Below are positions 31,505 through 41,799 of a DNA stretch of 64,000 nucleotides, one piece after another (the first letter of the stretch is position 1; every line of letters starts with the position of its first letter). Position numbers and translations under genes: made by a program. Below the pieces are notes generated by a model. It saw only the letters and a list, made by a program, of their open reading frames with translations, ran no database searches and was not told where the DNA came from. Origin of the DNA: Desulfobacterales bacterium (GTDB lineage: Bacteria; Desulfobacterota; Desulfobacteria; Desulfobacterales; UBA5852); contig CAXXVS010000002.1 in assembly GCA_963674755.2 (NCBI GenBank), positions 1,216,001-1,280,000 on the forward strand. The letters are read 5' to 3'.

Positions 31505-32263
31505 GAGAACCTCCTATATGCTGTCAGTCCATGACCTCCGGGAATGAGCCGGCTGTCTCGCAGTCTGCCCTGGCCGGTTTCTGCTTTTAAGATCGTGCAG
31601 GTAAAGGAGTCCGAGAGCCTTTGCTTCTCCGTATGGATTTATCTAATTGTGATTGAATCCCTCCATAAGAATTCAAGAGCTTCAGAAATCTTTCCTGCAA
31701 CTCGACTTTAAACCTGTCGATATCTGACGGCATTTTTACCGCGACTATATACGGCTATAGCGTACTAGCGTACAGAGAACACTCGGTCCTCTGAATTGAA
31801 CGGGATAGTGAGGTAGGCCGGCTTCCCAAAAAAGCCAATAGAAACAATCATTGGAGCCTTTCTGGATCACGGTCTACCTACCACAGCGCTGTCTAATAAA
31901 CAAGGCATTTTCCAAGAATCGTCAAGCCACCTAGGCCGCTATCTGCCCCTCATGGCTCATGTTTTTCGAGGAAGCCACTGGAGGAAGCACGGATGCCTAA
32001 AATCGGCTACTGCAAGGGTAAAAGTGCGATCCCTGTGGCCCGCAACTATCTCGATAAGAAAGGGAATTTCAGTGGAGCGCATTTGAATTAATTTTAGTAG
32101 CAGTGGGCCGCCAACTTGGGGGTGGCCTATCAAATAACCGCTTTGCGCGGTTCGCATTTTAAGCCTCCGGCTTTGCCGGAAGTATGTGGCTATTCCCGAC
32201 CACCGAAATCAGCCATTCTTTGAATTAGCAAATCCCCCGAAACCATATACAAACGGTGATACC

Positions 32264-32713
32264 ATGCTTCGGATTTGCATAGCGTGTCGATCTCCTTTCA
32301 GGCCCCATCCAAACGTGCCCTCGCAAAAATATTGCTCTCAAGACGCTTGCCAAAGGGCGAGGCGGCGAGAGTGGCAGCAGCGGAAAATGCAAAGTGATGA
32401 GGATTACAAAACGAATCAAAAAGCGGCGCAGAAGGAGTGGCGCAGAAAAAATCCCCAATATTGGAAGCTGTACCGCTTGTCGAATCCCGATTACGCCGCC
32501 CGAAACAAGACGCTCCAGAAACTGCGAAACACCAAAGCAAGAAATGCCACTGAATTACAGAATAAGGAGGCTGGCATGATTGCAAATATGGACGCGTCGA
32601 TTCGAAAACCGGAAATCATATCGGGATATTACATGCTCTATCCGGTGGCCGCAGGGAAAATTGCAAAGATGGACCAGTTACTGGTCAGAATCGCTGTAAT
32701 TACAAACCCTTAA
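32264..32713 (+). CDS. Basic hypothetical protein with a Cys cluster, mobile-element associated
   Basis: CIAC...YCSQDACQRARRREWQ; repeated IANMD/IAKMD. ATG 32264 preferred. Confidence 0.6.
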   Translation: MLRICIACRSPFRPHPNVPSQKYCSQDACQRARRREWQQRKMQSDEDYKTNQKAAQKEWRRKNPQYWKLYRLSNPDYAARNKTLQKLRNTKARNATELQNKEAGMIANMDASIRKPEIISGYYMLYPVAAGKIAKMDQLLVRIAVITNP

Positions 32714-32818
32714 AACTATCAAATCTTTTTTTCGCTGATTGCAAAGAGATGACTTGATGGCAATGGGAATTTGGGGGTGTTATTCTCGTCATAACGGTTA
32801 TTTGCAGCCGATTTTCGG

Positions 32819-33610
32819 ATGGTGATGGCAACGATCATTACAATTCTAAATTTACCTCGTGACGGTCCAGCGCGGGTGACCGCCCTCCTCAACCAAATGA
32901 GGGGCTTTCTCGAACAGATTGGACGCAACAATGACGACTTACGAATTTATACCCATCTGGATTTCGGCCTTGCCGAGCTGGCAAAAAACAAGAAGGTAAG
33001 AACCCTGATCCTCGCTTGGAGCGCCGGGGGCAAACCGAATCTCGATTATTGGACCTGGAGCATCCTGCCGTCGAATACGATTACCGAGTTCATCCCTTTG
33101 GATCTCGACAGCAAGTCCATCCCCGCTCCAAAGCCGCTCGACCTTGCTCCGGACAACACAGGCAACTGGACCAGCAAAGCACAGCGTACCAAACTCGCGC
33201 TGTTCTTGAATGGTTTTTACTTGAACGCATTTGCGCCGTTCGGTTTGAGACTGATGAATAATTATGCCCCTGAAACGCACGTTCCGCCGTACCGGTCGTG
33301 CCACTTGCTCGCCCCCGGCCCAATGAATGAAGTCGATATAGTACGCTTGGTGTTCAGCCTCTTCGTCGATCATGGCTACACCTATACGGAAATCAGCAAC
33401 CTGCTCAATGCGCAGGGAATCAAGCCGCCTGCCACGGCTCAATCCTGGAGTCACCGAGCGCTGAAGGTCCTTTTGCAGTCCACTGTCTATATCGGCGTCA
33501 ACAGATTCCGCGGCTGCATCAAGCACGATGTGGTGCCGCCTCTGATCGACAAGGTTCAGTTTTTCAAAGCACAGAGTAAAATATTGGCGAACAGAATCCC
33601 CCGAGCCTGA
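32819..33610 (+). CDS. Protein with a serine-recombinase DNA-binding (Recombinase) domain and no catalytic motif
   Basis: APFGLR...PGPMNEVDIVRLVFSLFV...EISNLLNAQG...W...LLQSTVYIG aligns by eye with the downstream recombinase; no YxRxS motif. Confidence 0.65.
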   Translation: MVMATIITILNLPRDGPARVTALLNQMRGFLEQIGRNNDDLRIYTHLDFGLAELAKNKKVRTLILAWSAGGKPNLDYWTWSILPSNTITEFIPLDLDSKSIPAPKPLDLAPDNTGNWTSKAQRTKLALFLNGFYLNAFAPFGLRLMNNYAPETHVPPYRSCHLLAPGPMNEVDIVRLVFSLFVDHGYTYTEISNLLNAQGIKPPATAQSWSHRALKVLLQSTVYIGVNRFRGCIKHDVVPPLIDKVQFFKAQSKILANRIPRA

Positions 33611-33647
33611 CCTGTTCGCTCCCTCTCATATAAAGGTAATATCTGCC

Positions 33648-35222
33648 ATGCCGGTAAACGAACCCACCCACACGAAAAGCCATAAGTCTGGAGATCACCA
33701 GATCCTAAAGGCCGCCCAGTACGTCCGTATGTCCACCGAGCACCAAAAATACTCGACCGAAAATCAGCGGGACATTATCGCGGAATACGCCGAACGCTAC
33801 GGGATGGAAATCATCAAAACCTATGCCGATGACGGGAAAAGCGGTCTTCGAATTGATGGAAGGGATGCCTTGAAAAGGCTCATCGAGGATGTCGAGAGCG
33901 GCCAAGCAGGCTTCGACGTAATCTTGGTATACGACATAAGCCGCTGGGGAAGGTTTCAGGACGCCGATGAGAGCGCCTATTATGAATACATCTGCAAGCG
34001 TGCAGGTATCCGGGTCATCTATTGCGCCGAGCAATTCGACAATGATGGAAGCCCCATTTCGACCATCGTAAAAGGAGTGAAGCGCGCTATGGCCGGAGAG
34101 TATAGCAGGGAGCTCTCCGTCAAGGTTTTTACAGGTCAGTGCCGCCTGATTGAGAAGGGCTTTCGTCAGGGCGGGACCGCGGGTTTCGGCCTCCGGCGCA
34201 TGCTTATCGATCAGGATGGAAACGAGAAGGCGATTCTGAAACACGGTGAATACAAAAGCCTCCAGACTGACCGCGTGATCCTGGTGCCGGGCAGCACCGA
34301 GGAGGTCCGCACCGTAAGGGCCATCTATAATCTCTTTGTGCAGGAGGGAAAATCGGAGCTTGAAATCGCCCGCTTTCTAAACGGCCGGGGGATTAAAAAG
34401 GATCTGGGTCGGGACTGGACACGGGGCACCGTGCACCAGGTGCTGACCAACGAAAAATATGTAGGCAATAACGTCTATAACCGCACCTCCTTCAAGCTCA
34501 AACAAAAGCGGGTCAAAAATCCTCCTGGTATGTGGATCAGGGCGGACAGGGCTTTCGAAGCGATTGTCGATCCGCAGACCTTCTACCAGGCCCAGGGAAT
34601 AATCTTGGAGCGAAACCGGCGTTTTTCGAACGAGGAGATGCTCGACCGCCTGCGGCATCTCTATAAAACTCACGGCAAGCTTTCCGGCATTTTGATCGAC
34701 GAGACCGAGGGCATGCCTTCGAGCGCAGTTTACCGTAGTCGTTTTCATGGCCTGGTGAGGGCTTATCAATTGGTGGGCTATACGCCGGATCGGGACTACG
34801 GCTACATTCGTATCAATCGGTTCCTCAGGCGATATCACAGCGATGTGGTGGATGGCGCGATCAATCAGATCCAGGATCTTGGCGGCCACGTGATCCGGGA
34901 CGAGCGCACGGACCTCTTGGCCGTAAACGGTGAATTTTCAACGTCCATCGTGGTCTCGCGCTGCTGGCAAACACCGGCCGGTTCGTCGCGCTGGCTGATT
35001 CGCTTTGATATGAGCCTGGCGCCAGACATCACCGTCGTTGTGCGGATGGATATGGCCAATCAGTCCGCCTTGGATTATTACCTGCTTCCGATAGTCGATA
35101 TCGATTTTGCAAACCTTCGCCTTGTCGAGGAAAACGGGGCCTGCATCGACACTTACCGTTTCGACGACTTGTCGTTCTTTTTCGGCATGGCGGAACACGT
35201 AAATATGCGGCTTGCGGCATGA
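33648..35222 (+). CDS. Large serine recombinase
   Basis: YVRMST (catalytic Ser), YDISRWGR, MAGEYSRELS and a Recombinase domain. Confidence 0.93.
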   Translation: MPVNEPTHTKSHKSGDHQILKAAQYVRMSTEHQKYSTENQRDIIAEYAERYGMEIIKTYADDGKSGLRIDGRDALKRLIEDVESGQAGFDVILVYDISRWGRFQDADESAYYEYICKRAGIRVIYCAEQFDNDGSPISTIVKGVKRAMAGEYSRELSVKVFTGQCRLIEKGFRQGGTAGFGLRRMLIDQDGNEKAILKHGEYKSLQTDRVILVPGSTEEVRTVRAIYNLFVQEGKSELEIARFLNGRGIKKDLGRDWTRGTVHQVLTNEKYVGNNVYNRTSFKLKQKRVKNPPGMWIRADRAFEAIVDPQTFYQAQGIILERNRRFSNEEMLDRLRHLYKTHGKLSGILIDETEGMPSSAVYRSRFHGLVRAYQLVGYTPDRDYGYIRINRFLRRYHSDVVDGAINQIQDLGGHVIRDERTDLLAVNGEFSTSIVVSRCWQTPAGSSRWLIRFDMSLAPDITVVVRMDMANQSALDYYLLPIVDIDFANLRLVEENGACIDTYRFDDLSFFFGMAEHVNMRLAA

Positions 35223-36130
35223 GTGAGAACGAGAAACATACGGTCAGGATGATCCCCCTGGACAGGATCAGGGTGCTCAACCCTCGGGACCGCAATAAAA
35301 AGCGGTTTCAGCTGATCGTCCAGAACATCGCCAATCTCGGCCTCAAAAGGCCTATCACCGTAAGTCCTGTAAAAGTCAAAAACGGTGAGCAGTGGTATAA
35401 TCTGGTCTGCGGCCAGGGGCGGGTTGAGGCCTATGTCGCCCTCGGCCAGGAGAAAATACCGGCGGTGGTGGTTGAGGTTTCCCGGGAGGAAGCCTTCCTT
35501 ATGAGCCTGGTGGAAAATCTCGCCAGAAAACAGCATGTCAACTTGGAGCTCGTAAAACAGATCGCCACCCTCAAGAATCGCGGCTACAAATCCAGCGAGA
35601 TCGCCAAAAAGATCGACATGAACCGGGAGTATGTGCGCGGAATCATAAGGCTCATCGATCGCGGCGAAGAACGCTTGATCAATGCTGTCGAGAAGGGGCA
35701 AATCCCGATCACGATCGCCGTTGAAATATCGGCGGCAAAGGACGAGGACGCTCAGCTGGCACTCCTGGAAGCATACGAGAAAAGCAAACTCAAGGGTAGC
35801 GCCCTAAAAAAGGCCCGACAGCTGATCGCGCAACGACGCAGCCAAGGGAAATCATTGCGGGCAGGCATCCCGATTTCAAAGAGGAAAGGGATCACAGCCC
35901 GGGAGGTCGTCAGAGCCTATCGCCAGGAGGTGGACCGTCAAAGCCAGCTTATAAAAAAGGCGAAATTGTGCGAGGCCAGACTGGTGTTCATCGTATCGGC
36001 CTTGACGGAGCTAATGGCGGACGAAAATTTCGTCAATCTTTTGCTGGCGGAATCGATCGACTCGATGCCCAAATACCTATCCGAACAAATCAAGGCCAAA
36101 AAGCAGGCAGTCTATGACCCGATCCGTTAA
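35219..36130 (+). CDS. ParB/RepB-like protein
   Basis: GLKRPITV, LVCGQGRVEA and SLVENLAR; ATGA overlap with the recombinase. Confidence 0.88.
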   Translation: MSENEKHTVRMIPLDRIRVLNPRDRNKKRFQLIVQNIANLGLKRPITVSPVKVKNGEQWYNLVCGQGRVEAYVALGQEKIPAVVVEVSREEAFLMSLVENLARKQHVNLELVKQIATLKNRGYKSSEIAKKIDMNREYVRGIIRLIDRGEERLINAVEKGQIPITIAVEISAAKDEDAQLALLEAYEKSKLKGSALKKARQLIAQRRSQGKSLRAGIPISKRKGITAREVVRAYRQEVDRQSQLIKKAKLCEARLVFIVSALTELMADENFVNLLLAESIDSMPKYLSEQIKAKKQAVYDPIR

Positions 36131-37001
36131 AATGGGTTTCGCCTCCGAGGCGGTGACGATTGCCATAGAGGACATCCTGCCGTTGAAGAAGGTAAAACCC
36201 GGGGTCAAAAAGTCTGTCAAATACAGACAGATTCAGACATCGATCCGCGAGGTGGGTGTCATCGAGCACCCTGTCGTCTACGCTGAGAAGGGCATGCCGG
36301 GCAAATACCTCCTCCTGGACGGCCATCTCAGGATCGAGGTCCTCAAGGAGCTGGGGACGACGGAGGTGATCTGTCTCCTTTCGACTGATGACGAGGCCTT
36401 TACCTATAATCACAAAATCTCCCGCCTTGCCACCATCCAGGAGCATTACATGATTCTGAAGGCGATCGAGAGGGGTGTCTCTGAGGAGCGCATTGCGGCA
36501 GTACTCGATGTGAACGTAGCCAGCATTCGGCAGAAGCGGGACCTCTTAAATGGCATTTCCAACGAAGCGGCCGAGCTCCTCAAGAACGCGCACATGAGCC
36601 CCAATGCCATTCGCATTTTGCGCAAGATGAAGCCGAGCCGTCAGGCTGAGGTCAGTGAGATCATGATTGCAGCCCATAATACCACAGTGTCTTTTGCCAA
36701 AGCACTTTTGGCGGCGACCCCTGCTGTGCAGCTTGTGGACAGTGAGCGAAAGAAGCAAGACATGGGGCTGTCGCCTGAAGAGATGGCGCGCATGGAAAAA
36801 GAAACCCAGATGCTGGCCCGGGATATCAAACTCGTAAAGGAAAGCTACGGTAGGGATACTTTGAACCTGGTACTGGCCTGCGGATATCTGTCGCGCATGC
36901 TGGAAAACGGGAAGGTCGTCCGGTTCCTTTCAAACCAGTATCCGGATATCCTGGCGGAGTTTCAAAAGATTATTGAAGCCTCTTCGTTGTCAAGCGCTTA
37001 G
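36114..37001 (+). CDS. Second ParB/RepB-like protein
   Basis: SIREVGVIEHPVV, LLDGHLR and DDEAFTYN; overlaps the previous gene. Confidence 0.88.
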   Translation: MTRSVKMGFASEAVTIAIEDILPLKKVKPGVKKSVKYRQIQTSIREVGVIEHPVVYAEKGMPGKYLLLDGHLRIEVLKELGTTEVICLLSTDDEAFTYNHKISRLATIQEHYMILKAIERGVSEERIAAVLDVNVASIRQKRDLLNGISNEAAELLKNAHMSPNAIRILRKMKPSRQAEVSEIMIAAHNTTVSFAKALLAATPAVQLVDSERKKQDMGLSPEEMARMEKETQMLARDIKLVKESYGRDTLNLVLACGYLSRMLENGKVVRFLSNQYPDILAEFQKIIEASSLSSA

Positions 37002-37058
37002 GAGAACGGGCTCAATGGGTTCATTATGGGATGTCATCTATGACAATATCCGCGATTG

Positions 37059-37478
37059 CTATATGGCAATATCGGGGCAACTGGTTAATGGATGCTCCCA
37101 GTGCTTCCAATGCAATCGGTTTGCAAAAAACAATGAAGCACCGGCCTGGATGGCCAAAGGCTTCCTTTCCTCCGGCTTGTAGCCGGTCATCACAATCACG
37201 GGAATACCCCAGTTGCGTGTAATGATAACGGTCAAGTCGATGCCGTTCATCCCGCATATGCCTGGGGCTACCGGCGCCAGGGTTATGTCGGTTAGCACCA
37301 GATCGACCCGTCGGTGGCGGTTGAGGTAATCGATCGCCGTCCATACACTGTAGACGCCTCCCACTTTGGGTGTGATTCTCATTTGAATAAACTCCATGAA
37401 CACCTCAAGCGTATTATCATCGTCCTCGACCACCAGAATGTGTGGTTCTCGCTCCCTGAAAGGCAGGATTAGGGGCAT
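37059..37478 (-). CDS. Stand-alone response regulator receiver
   Basis: ILVVEDD, DLVLTDI, MNGIDL and PVIVMTG. Confidence 0.8.
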   Translation of the reverse strand: MPLILPFREREPHILVVEDDDNTLEVFMEFIQMRITPKVGGVYSVWTAIDYLNRHRRVDLVLTDITLAPVAPGICGMNGIDLTVIITRNWGIPVIVMTGYKPEERKPLAIQAGASLFFANRLHWKHWEHPLTSCPDIAI

Positions 37479-37490
37479 CGTACCTCCGCC

Positions 37491-37829
37491 TCAGTCCCAG
37501 AGCATCGCATCAGTAATTGCGATGCGGCCTTTCCAGCATTCCGGGCAATTCAGAGTCGTGATCTCGTCGACGCGCCGGACGATCTGCATGTTCTTGCCGC
37601 AGCGGGGGCAGACGGCCTTGGTTTCAAGGACCGACCCGTCGTCGTAGACCACCAGGGCGTAGCGTTTCATCTCCACATCGCCACAGTCCTGGCAGCAGTA
37701 GATGGGCTTGTCCTGCCGGGTCGATTCCACATGGTGGTTCTCGACGATCTCGGAAAAGCGAGCCCTGTCGCCCCCCGGCATGAAACCAACGTGGTCCTTA
37801 AAGTTGATATCCATGGGACTGAAACCCAT
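37491..37829 (-). CDS. Small Zn-ribbon protein
   Basis: CQDC, CPRC and CPEC motifs; start uncertain (37829 or 37814). Confidence 0.6.
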   Translation of the reverse strand: MGFSPMDINFKDHVGFMPGGDRARFSEIVENHHVESTRQDKPIYCCQDCGDVEMKRYALVVYDDGSVLETKAVCPRCGKNMQIVRRVDEITTLNCPECWKGRIAITDAMLWD

Positions 37830-37931
37830 GAAAAACTGTCTTTTAAAAAATCGCATTCGAGGCAACCGATCGCAAAGCCGTTGCATCCCTTGATTCCGAT
37901 ATCGAGCATGTAAGTTCTCAACAGACCTCCT

Positions 37932-38885
37932 TCAGGCTACATTTGTAAGCTCACGCAGACCCCGTTCCTCTTCTCTCAGTTGCATCAGCCGTATTGCGGC
38001 CTGTCGCCGGAAGGTTTCCTCGTATTCCTGGTCCAGCAGCTCCTCCAGCGCCACCGCGGCGCGGTCAGGGTTGCCCAGGGCCTCGTAGGTGCGGCTAAGG
38101 ATCAGCATGGCCTTGGCCTGCCAGGGGCCCTCCTTGGTAGCGGCTAGGTCCAGGCAGAGGCGGGCTTTCTCGTAGTCTGCGTACTGGTAGAACTCCACCC
38201 CAACGCGGAATAGGATGTCGCCGGTCAGGCAGTTGAGGTGGTTGGGAAAATAATCTCGTATCAGGCGCACTGTGCTCTGGAAGTCGCGCTTGATGATGGC
38301 GTCCACCAGTTTCACGAACCAGGCACCCTCCTCCTCGTCGTCGTTGTAGCGGTGGAGTTTCATGAAGTATTTGATGGCCGTGAGGCTCTCGGGATCGGTT
38401 TCTAGGATGCTAGCGTAGAGGTTCGAGACCTCGGCCGTGCCGCCCACCGTTTCGGACAGCCGTTCGGCCTTGACCTCACTGTGCTCCCCTGCCCCGTCGT
38501 CTTGCAGCCGCAGAATCATAGCCAAGACAACTCCGCCTATAAAGCCGCCTACGTGCCCTCAGTAATCGATCATGACATCGGCATTCACCATCTGGTCGGC
38601 ACTGCCGGCCAAATCCCCGGCAAAAAACAGCCCGATCAGGAGAATCCTGTTGATGCGCACCGGGACTGAAAAGATCGGGTTGAACAGAATTGGCAGACTG
38701 AGAGACAGACGGGCAAAATAGCAGCGAATCACGAAAATACCCATCAGGCCCGAGATGACCCCGGAAGCGCCGATCGATCCGTACTGGAGCAGCAGGAGCG
38801 GTTCATCGAAGACCATCACCTGGATGATCAGCAGGTTCAGGCAGATCAGGCTGGAAATGACGCTGCACAACAGATACATCAGGCC
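37932..38885 (-). pseudogene. Rhomboid protease-TPR fusion, 5' truncated, with an internal TGA
   Basis: IGASGVISGLMG (catalytic Ser) and IDY*GHVGGF (catalytic His) run in frame into the TPR-like ORF 37932-38525. Confidence 0.8.
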
Positions 38886-39057
38886 CGTTGTCCTTGCCGA
38901 ACACAAACAACCGCAGCATGGTGGGCGGAGGGTCGAAAACTGGTTCTCCGTCGCGTACCTCAAGGCTTTCAATCCGCCCGTAGTTGATCTCCTGCATCAA
39001 CTCGATCAGGCGTTTCCTGGCAGGAGTCAAGGCCGCTTTTGTGACTACATCCGTCAT
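38803..39057 (-). pseudogene. Small mobile-element hypothetical, 3' truncated and joined to the rhomboid fragment
   Basis: AAGGAGGT SD; LTPARKRLIELMQEINYGRIESLEVRDGEPVFDPPP...GKDNGP, then reads out of frame into rhomboid DNA near 38885. Confidence 0.55.
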
Positions 39058-39653
39058 ACCGGACCTCCTTTCGCGCCTTCGGGCGCATCAACGCCCCCCC
39101 CCTGGAAGGCAGGTCCGGCGAAGGATCCTCCCAAGGGGCGTTACCCGGATAACCCGGGCGTTTCTTGCTGGGGGTGAAGGTCTCGCCGGACCTGCCAACC
39201 CTCATTGGCGAAATTTCGATGGATGGAGCCGGAAGCCCCGGTGCGCGAAGGCGGAAAGGCAAGATTTTCCTGAGATTTCGGTCGGATGTACACACTACGG
39301 TACGGAAACTTTTTTTGATTTTTTTTCCGATGGCCCAGCGAAATTTCTCTGAGTATACAGCTGCCACTAATCCCCTCAGTCAGAAGAAGTCACCAGGTCG
39401 TACTCAAACTGTTCACACACATTGTGTTGGCAACAGATCTTTGGCAAAGACCTGGCTCGTCAGCGGTTATCAGGAGAACGAGGCAGCGAATGACATATAG
39501 GAAGTAAAGGCAGACGGATGGCTAAAACGGTGACACCGGATGTCAGGAAGAATGCCAGAACAAAGCCATAGAGAGATTAGAAACAGCGAGCTGGCCAACG
39601 GCCCAAAACGGCAAGCACGCAAACCAAACAGGGGCAAAGAAAGGAGACAAGTT

Positions 39654-39872
39654 ATGAGCAACGATTTCAACTTCGGCGGCGGTATGCAGAACTTCGGGCG
39701 AGAGGTGCTGCGGGAACTGATTAAGACCGACTACGGTCCGGGGTGTTTGTTCAACGGCATCGCGGGACACGGGATGCAGGATCACCACGGTGGTACTCAT
39801 GATCAGGTCAACCTTTTCCAGGAGGGTGTCAAGGACAGCGGGATCGCTTTCCGGTTCTTCGAGAACAAGTAA
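39654..39872 (+). CDS. 72-aa Gly/His-rich small protein
   Basis: Strong SD AAAGGAG; MSNDFNFGGGMQNFG...GHGMQDHHGGTHDQ...; coding-like codon usage. Confidence 0.65.
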   Translation: MSNDFNFGGGMQNFGREVLRELIKTDYGPGCLFNGIAGHGMQDHHGGTHDQVNLFQEGVKDSGIAFRFFENK

Positions 39873-39942
39873 CCCGAAGTCCCCGTCCTGGTCACGACGG
39901 TTAAAAAAGACCCGAATTGTTAACCAAGCCGAAAGGCGGGCG

Positions 39943-40032
39943 AAGCCCCCGAATAGGTTCCCCGGAAAGGTTGAATCGGTTTGTCTTGCAAGACAACTCA
40001 GCCAATTCCGGCAGAGCCATTCGGGGGCTTTT
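39943..40032 (+). other. Long imperfect RNA hairpin with a U-tail (attenuator or ncRNA candidate)
   Basis: Nested stems AAGCCCCCGAAT/ATTCGGGGGCTT, GGTTC/GAGCC, CCGGAA/TTCCGG, GGTTGA/TCAGCC and TTGTCT/AGACAA. Confidence 0.55.
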
Positions 40033-40049
40033 CTATTTGGAGCGTGGAA

Positions 40050-40436
40050 ATGGGCAAAGCAAGCACAAGAAGGAAGAAGCGCAGGCAGGAATACCTGGGA
40101 CGCTTGGCGCGGAAGAATCCCAAGAAATTCAGGTCCGAGTGGGCGAAGCGCCTGGAAAGCTGGTCAGAAGAAGCCGGTCACCGCGCAAGTCGCCTGACAG
40201 ATCGGGACGGCAATCCTATCCCGCCGACGTTCACGCTAGTCGAAGATGCAATAAGCGAGCTTGTCGCATGCGGAGAGGAAGCCATTGAACTCGAGTCCGA
40301 GGCGACCAAGGACGTCATGAATGACGCCTGCTGCAAAGCGGTCGCTGAGGTTGTGGATAGTCGCATTTACCGGCTTAGCAGTGCGAGGTCGAACCAGCGG
40401 CGAATGGAGGAAGGCACTCACAAGCCTCCTAAGTGA
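40050..40436 (+). CDS. Hypothetical protein with a very basic N-terminus
   Basis: GGAG SD; MGKASTRRKKRRQEYLGRLARKNPKKF. Confidence 0.6.
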   Translation: MGKASTRRKKRRQEYLGRLARKNPKKFRSEWAKRLESWSEEAGHRASRLTDRDGNPIPPTFTLVEDAISELVACGEEAIELESEATKDVMNDACCKAVAEVVDSRIYRLSSARSNQRRMEEGTHKPPK

Positions 40437-40589
40437 TTGTCAACATTTGTCCGTATGCTTACACGCGTCCTGCCATCTATTCACTATAGCAAGGCATTTT
40501 GGGCAAACCACTTTTATAGGCGAGCAGGCCAACTATCCCCAGAAGGCAAGCCGCTTCAACAAATAAGGGGTAATCAAAGGAGAATAATT

Positions 40590-41084
40590 ATGAAAAAAAA
40601 ACTGTGGCGAAAAGTCAAATCGTTGGACTCATCTTCCGAAGGGTCCTTCAGCGACATGAAGCAGTTGATCGGTAATGGACGGGATTTCTCATATGCTCAT
40701 CGGCTCGCGTGTGAGGAGGGCCCTTGGCATCACGCCTATGCGAATTCGATCCTTCTCAATTCGCTCTTCAAGGGCATTTGCATGATCGCGGATCAACTAG
40801 GGGGTTCCATCACTCCATACGATGGAGAAGTGGCCGAGGTTCAGATGCATCGTCCTCATCACCACCGGCATCTTGGTGGAGATGGTGTCTATCCGGTCGA
40901 TCTTCCCGTACGCTTGATTCTTAGTCTAGCAGAAGGAGATGAGCAGCGTGTCGAGGAGATGATTGAGGCTCTTTCAGAAGGAGCTCCTCATCACGTGATG
41001 GCCAATATCATGATGATGCACATGGCAGAAGCTCTCGTGGAATTGGTCTCAAGGAACAACGCCGTCGATAAGGCAGGAGCATAG
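40590..41084 (+). CDS. His-rich hypothetical protein with a duplicated HH motif
   Basis: AAAGGAG SD; EEGPWHHAYAN and SEGAPHHVMAN, with linker HRPHHHRH. Confidence 0.7.
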   Translation: MKKKLWRKVKSLDSSSEGSFSDMKQLIGNGRDFSYAHRLACEEGPWHHAYANSILLNSLFKGICMIADQLGGSITPYDGEVAEVQMHRPHHHRHLGGDGVYPVDLPVRLILSLAEGDEQRVEEMIEALSEGAPHHVMANIMMMHMAEALVELVSRNNAVDKAGA

Positions 41085-41088
41085 AATT

Positions 41089-41799
41089 ATGAAAACAGCC
41101 TCAATCCAGATATGTGACCAAAAGGCCATCACCAGGGCATACACTATGCTCTCAGTAGAAATGGGACATGTTGCAGCAGCCACAGCGATATACGAACAGC
41201 TTCTGGCACACTATGGAGCGGATAATGCCCGCTGGTTTCTGCAAAGGAATGGGCGGGCATTTCCCGTTCTATCGGCCATGGCATATGAAGTCGGTACGCA
41301 AAGGATCGACAAGCGCATTCGGGGTATCAATGAACTTTTGGCATCGTTTCTTGAACACAAAACCGACATCGTTTGCATCGGTGCTGAAACAGCATGGTTG
41401 GACATCGCCACTACCACATACACAGACAAGTCGTTTCACATCGTTCCCCATTCCAATGATGCGGACCTTGACAGGCTTCTTTCGAATTTCGGGGAAAACG
41501 TTCGGATACACGATTCCGTTGATCTTACCCGTCTGTATGGCACCACAAGCGTTATCGTAACTTTCGCCTTCAACGTCACCGAACACTCTTTTTTTACCTA
41601 TCCTGCCGCGTATCGTGTCTGTGGATTGGATACGCGACAGGCTTTTTCCGAGCTTATTGCACTTGACCTGATTGACAGTCCCCTGCGGTTTCATCCCCCC
41701 GACCTTGTCGAGATGGATACTGATGAAATGACCTGCGTTCTCTCGCGAGCGCTTGAATCTACAAGGAGGTCCCGAGTATGGACGTTAGCGGCATTCTAA
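41089..41799 (+). CDS. Hypothetical alpha/beta protein
   Basis: 236 aa, 4 bp after the previous stop, overlapping the next gene. Confidence 0.7.
   Translation: MKTASIQICDQKAITRAYTMLSVEMGHVAAATAIYEQLLAHYGADNARWFLQRNGRAFPVLSAMAYEVGTQRIDKRIRGINELLASFLEHKTDIVCIGAETAWLDIATTTYTDKSFHIVPHSNDADLDRLLSNFGENVRIHDSVDLTRLYGTTSVIVTFAFNVTEHSFFTYPAAYRVCGLDTRQAFSELIALDLIDSPLRFHPPDLVEMDTDEMTCVLSRALESTRRSRVWTLAAF

Noticed and set aside
38559..38561. In-frame TGA as selenocysteine (tRNA-Sec is in the window)
   Set aside because: It aligns with the Trp of the rhomboid motif xxWxHxGG, so TGG to TGA is simpler, and the gene is also 5' truncated.
39654..39872. RiPP precursor peptide
   Set aside because: No recognisable maturase (radical SAM, YcaO, LanM) nearby, and the ABC exporter lacks a C39 peptidase domain.
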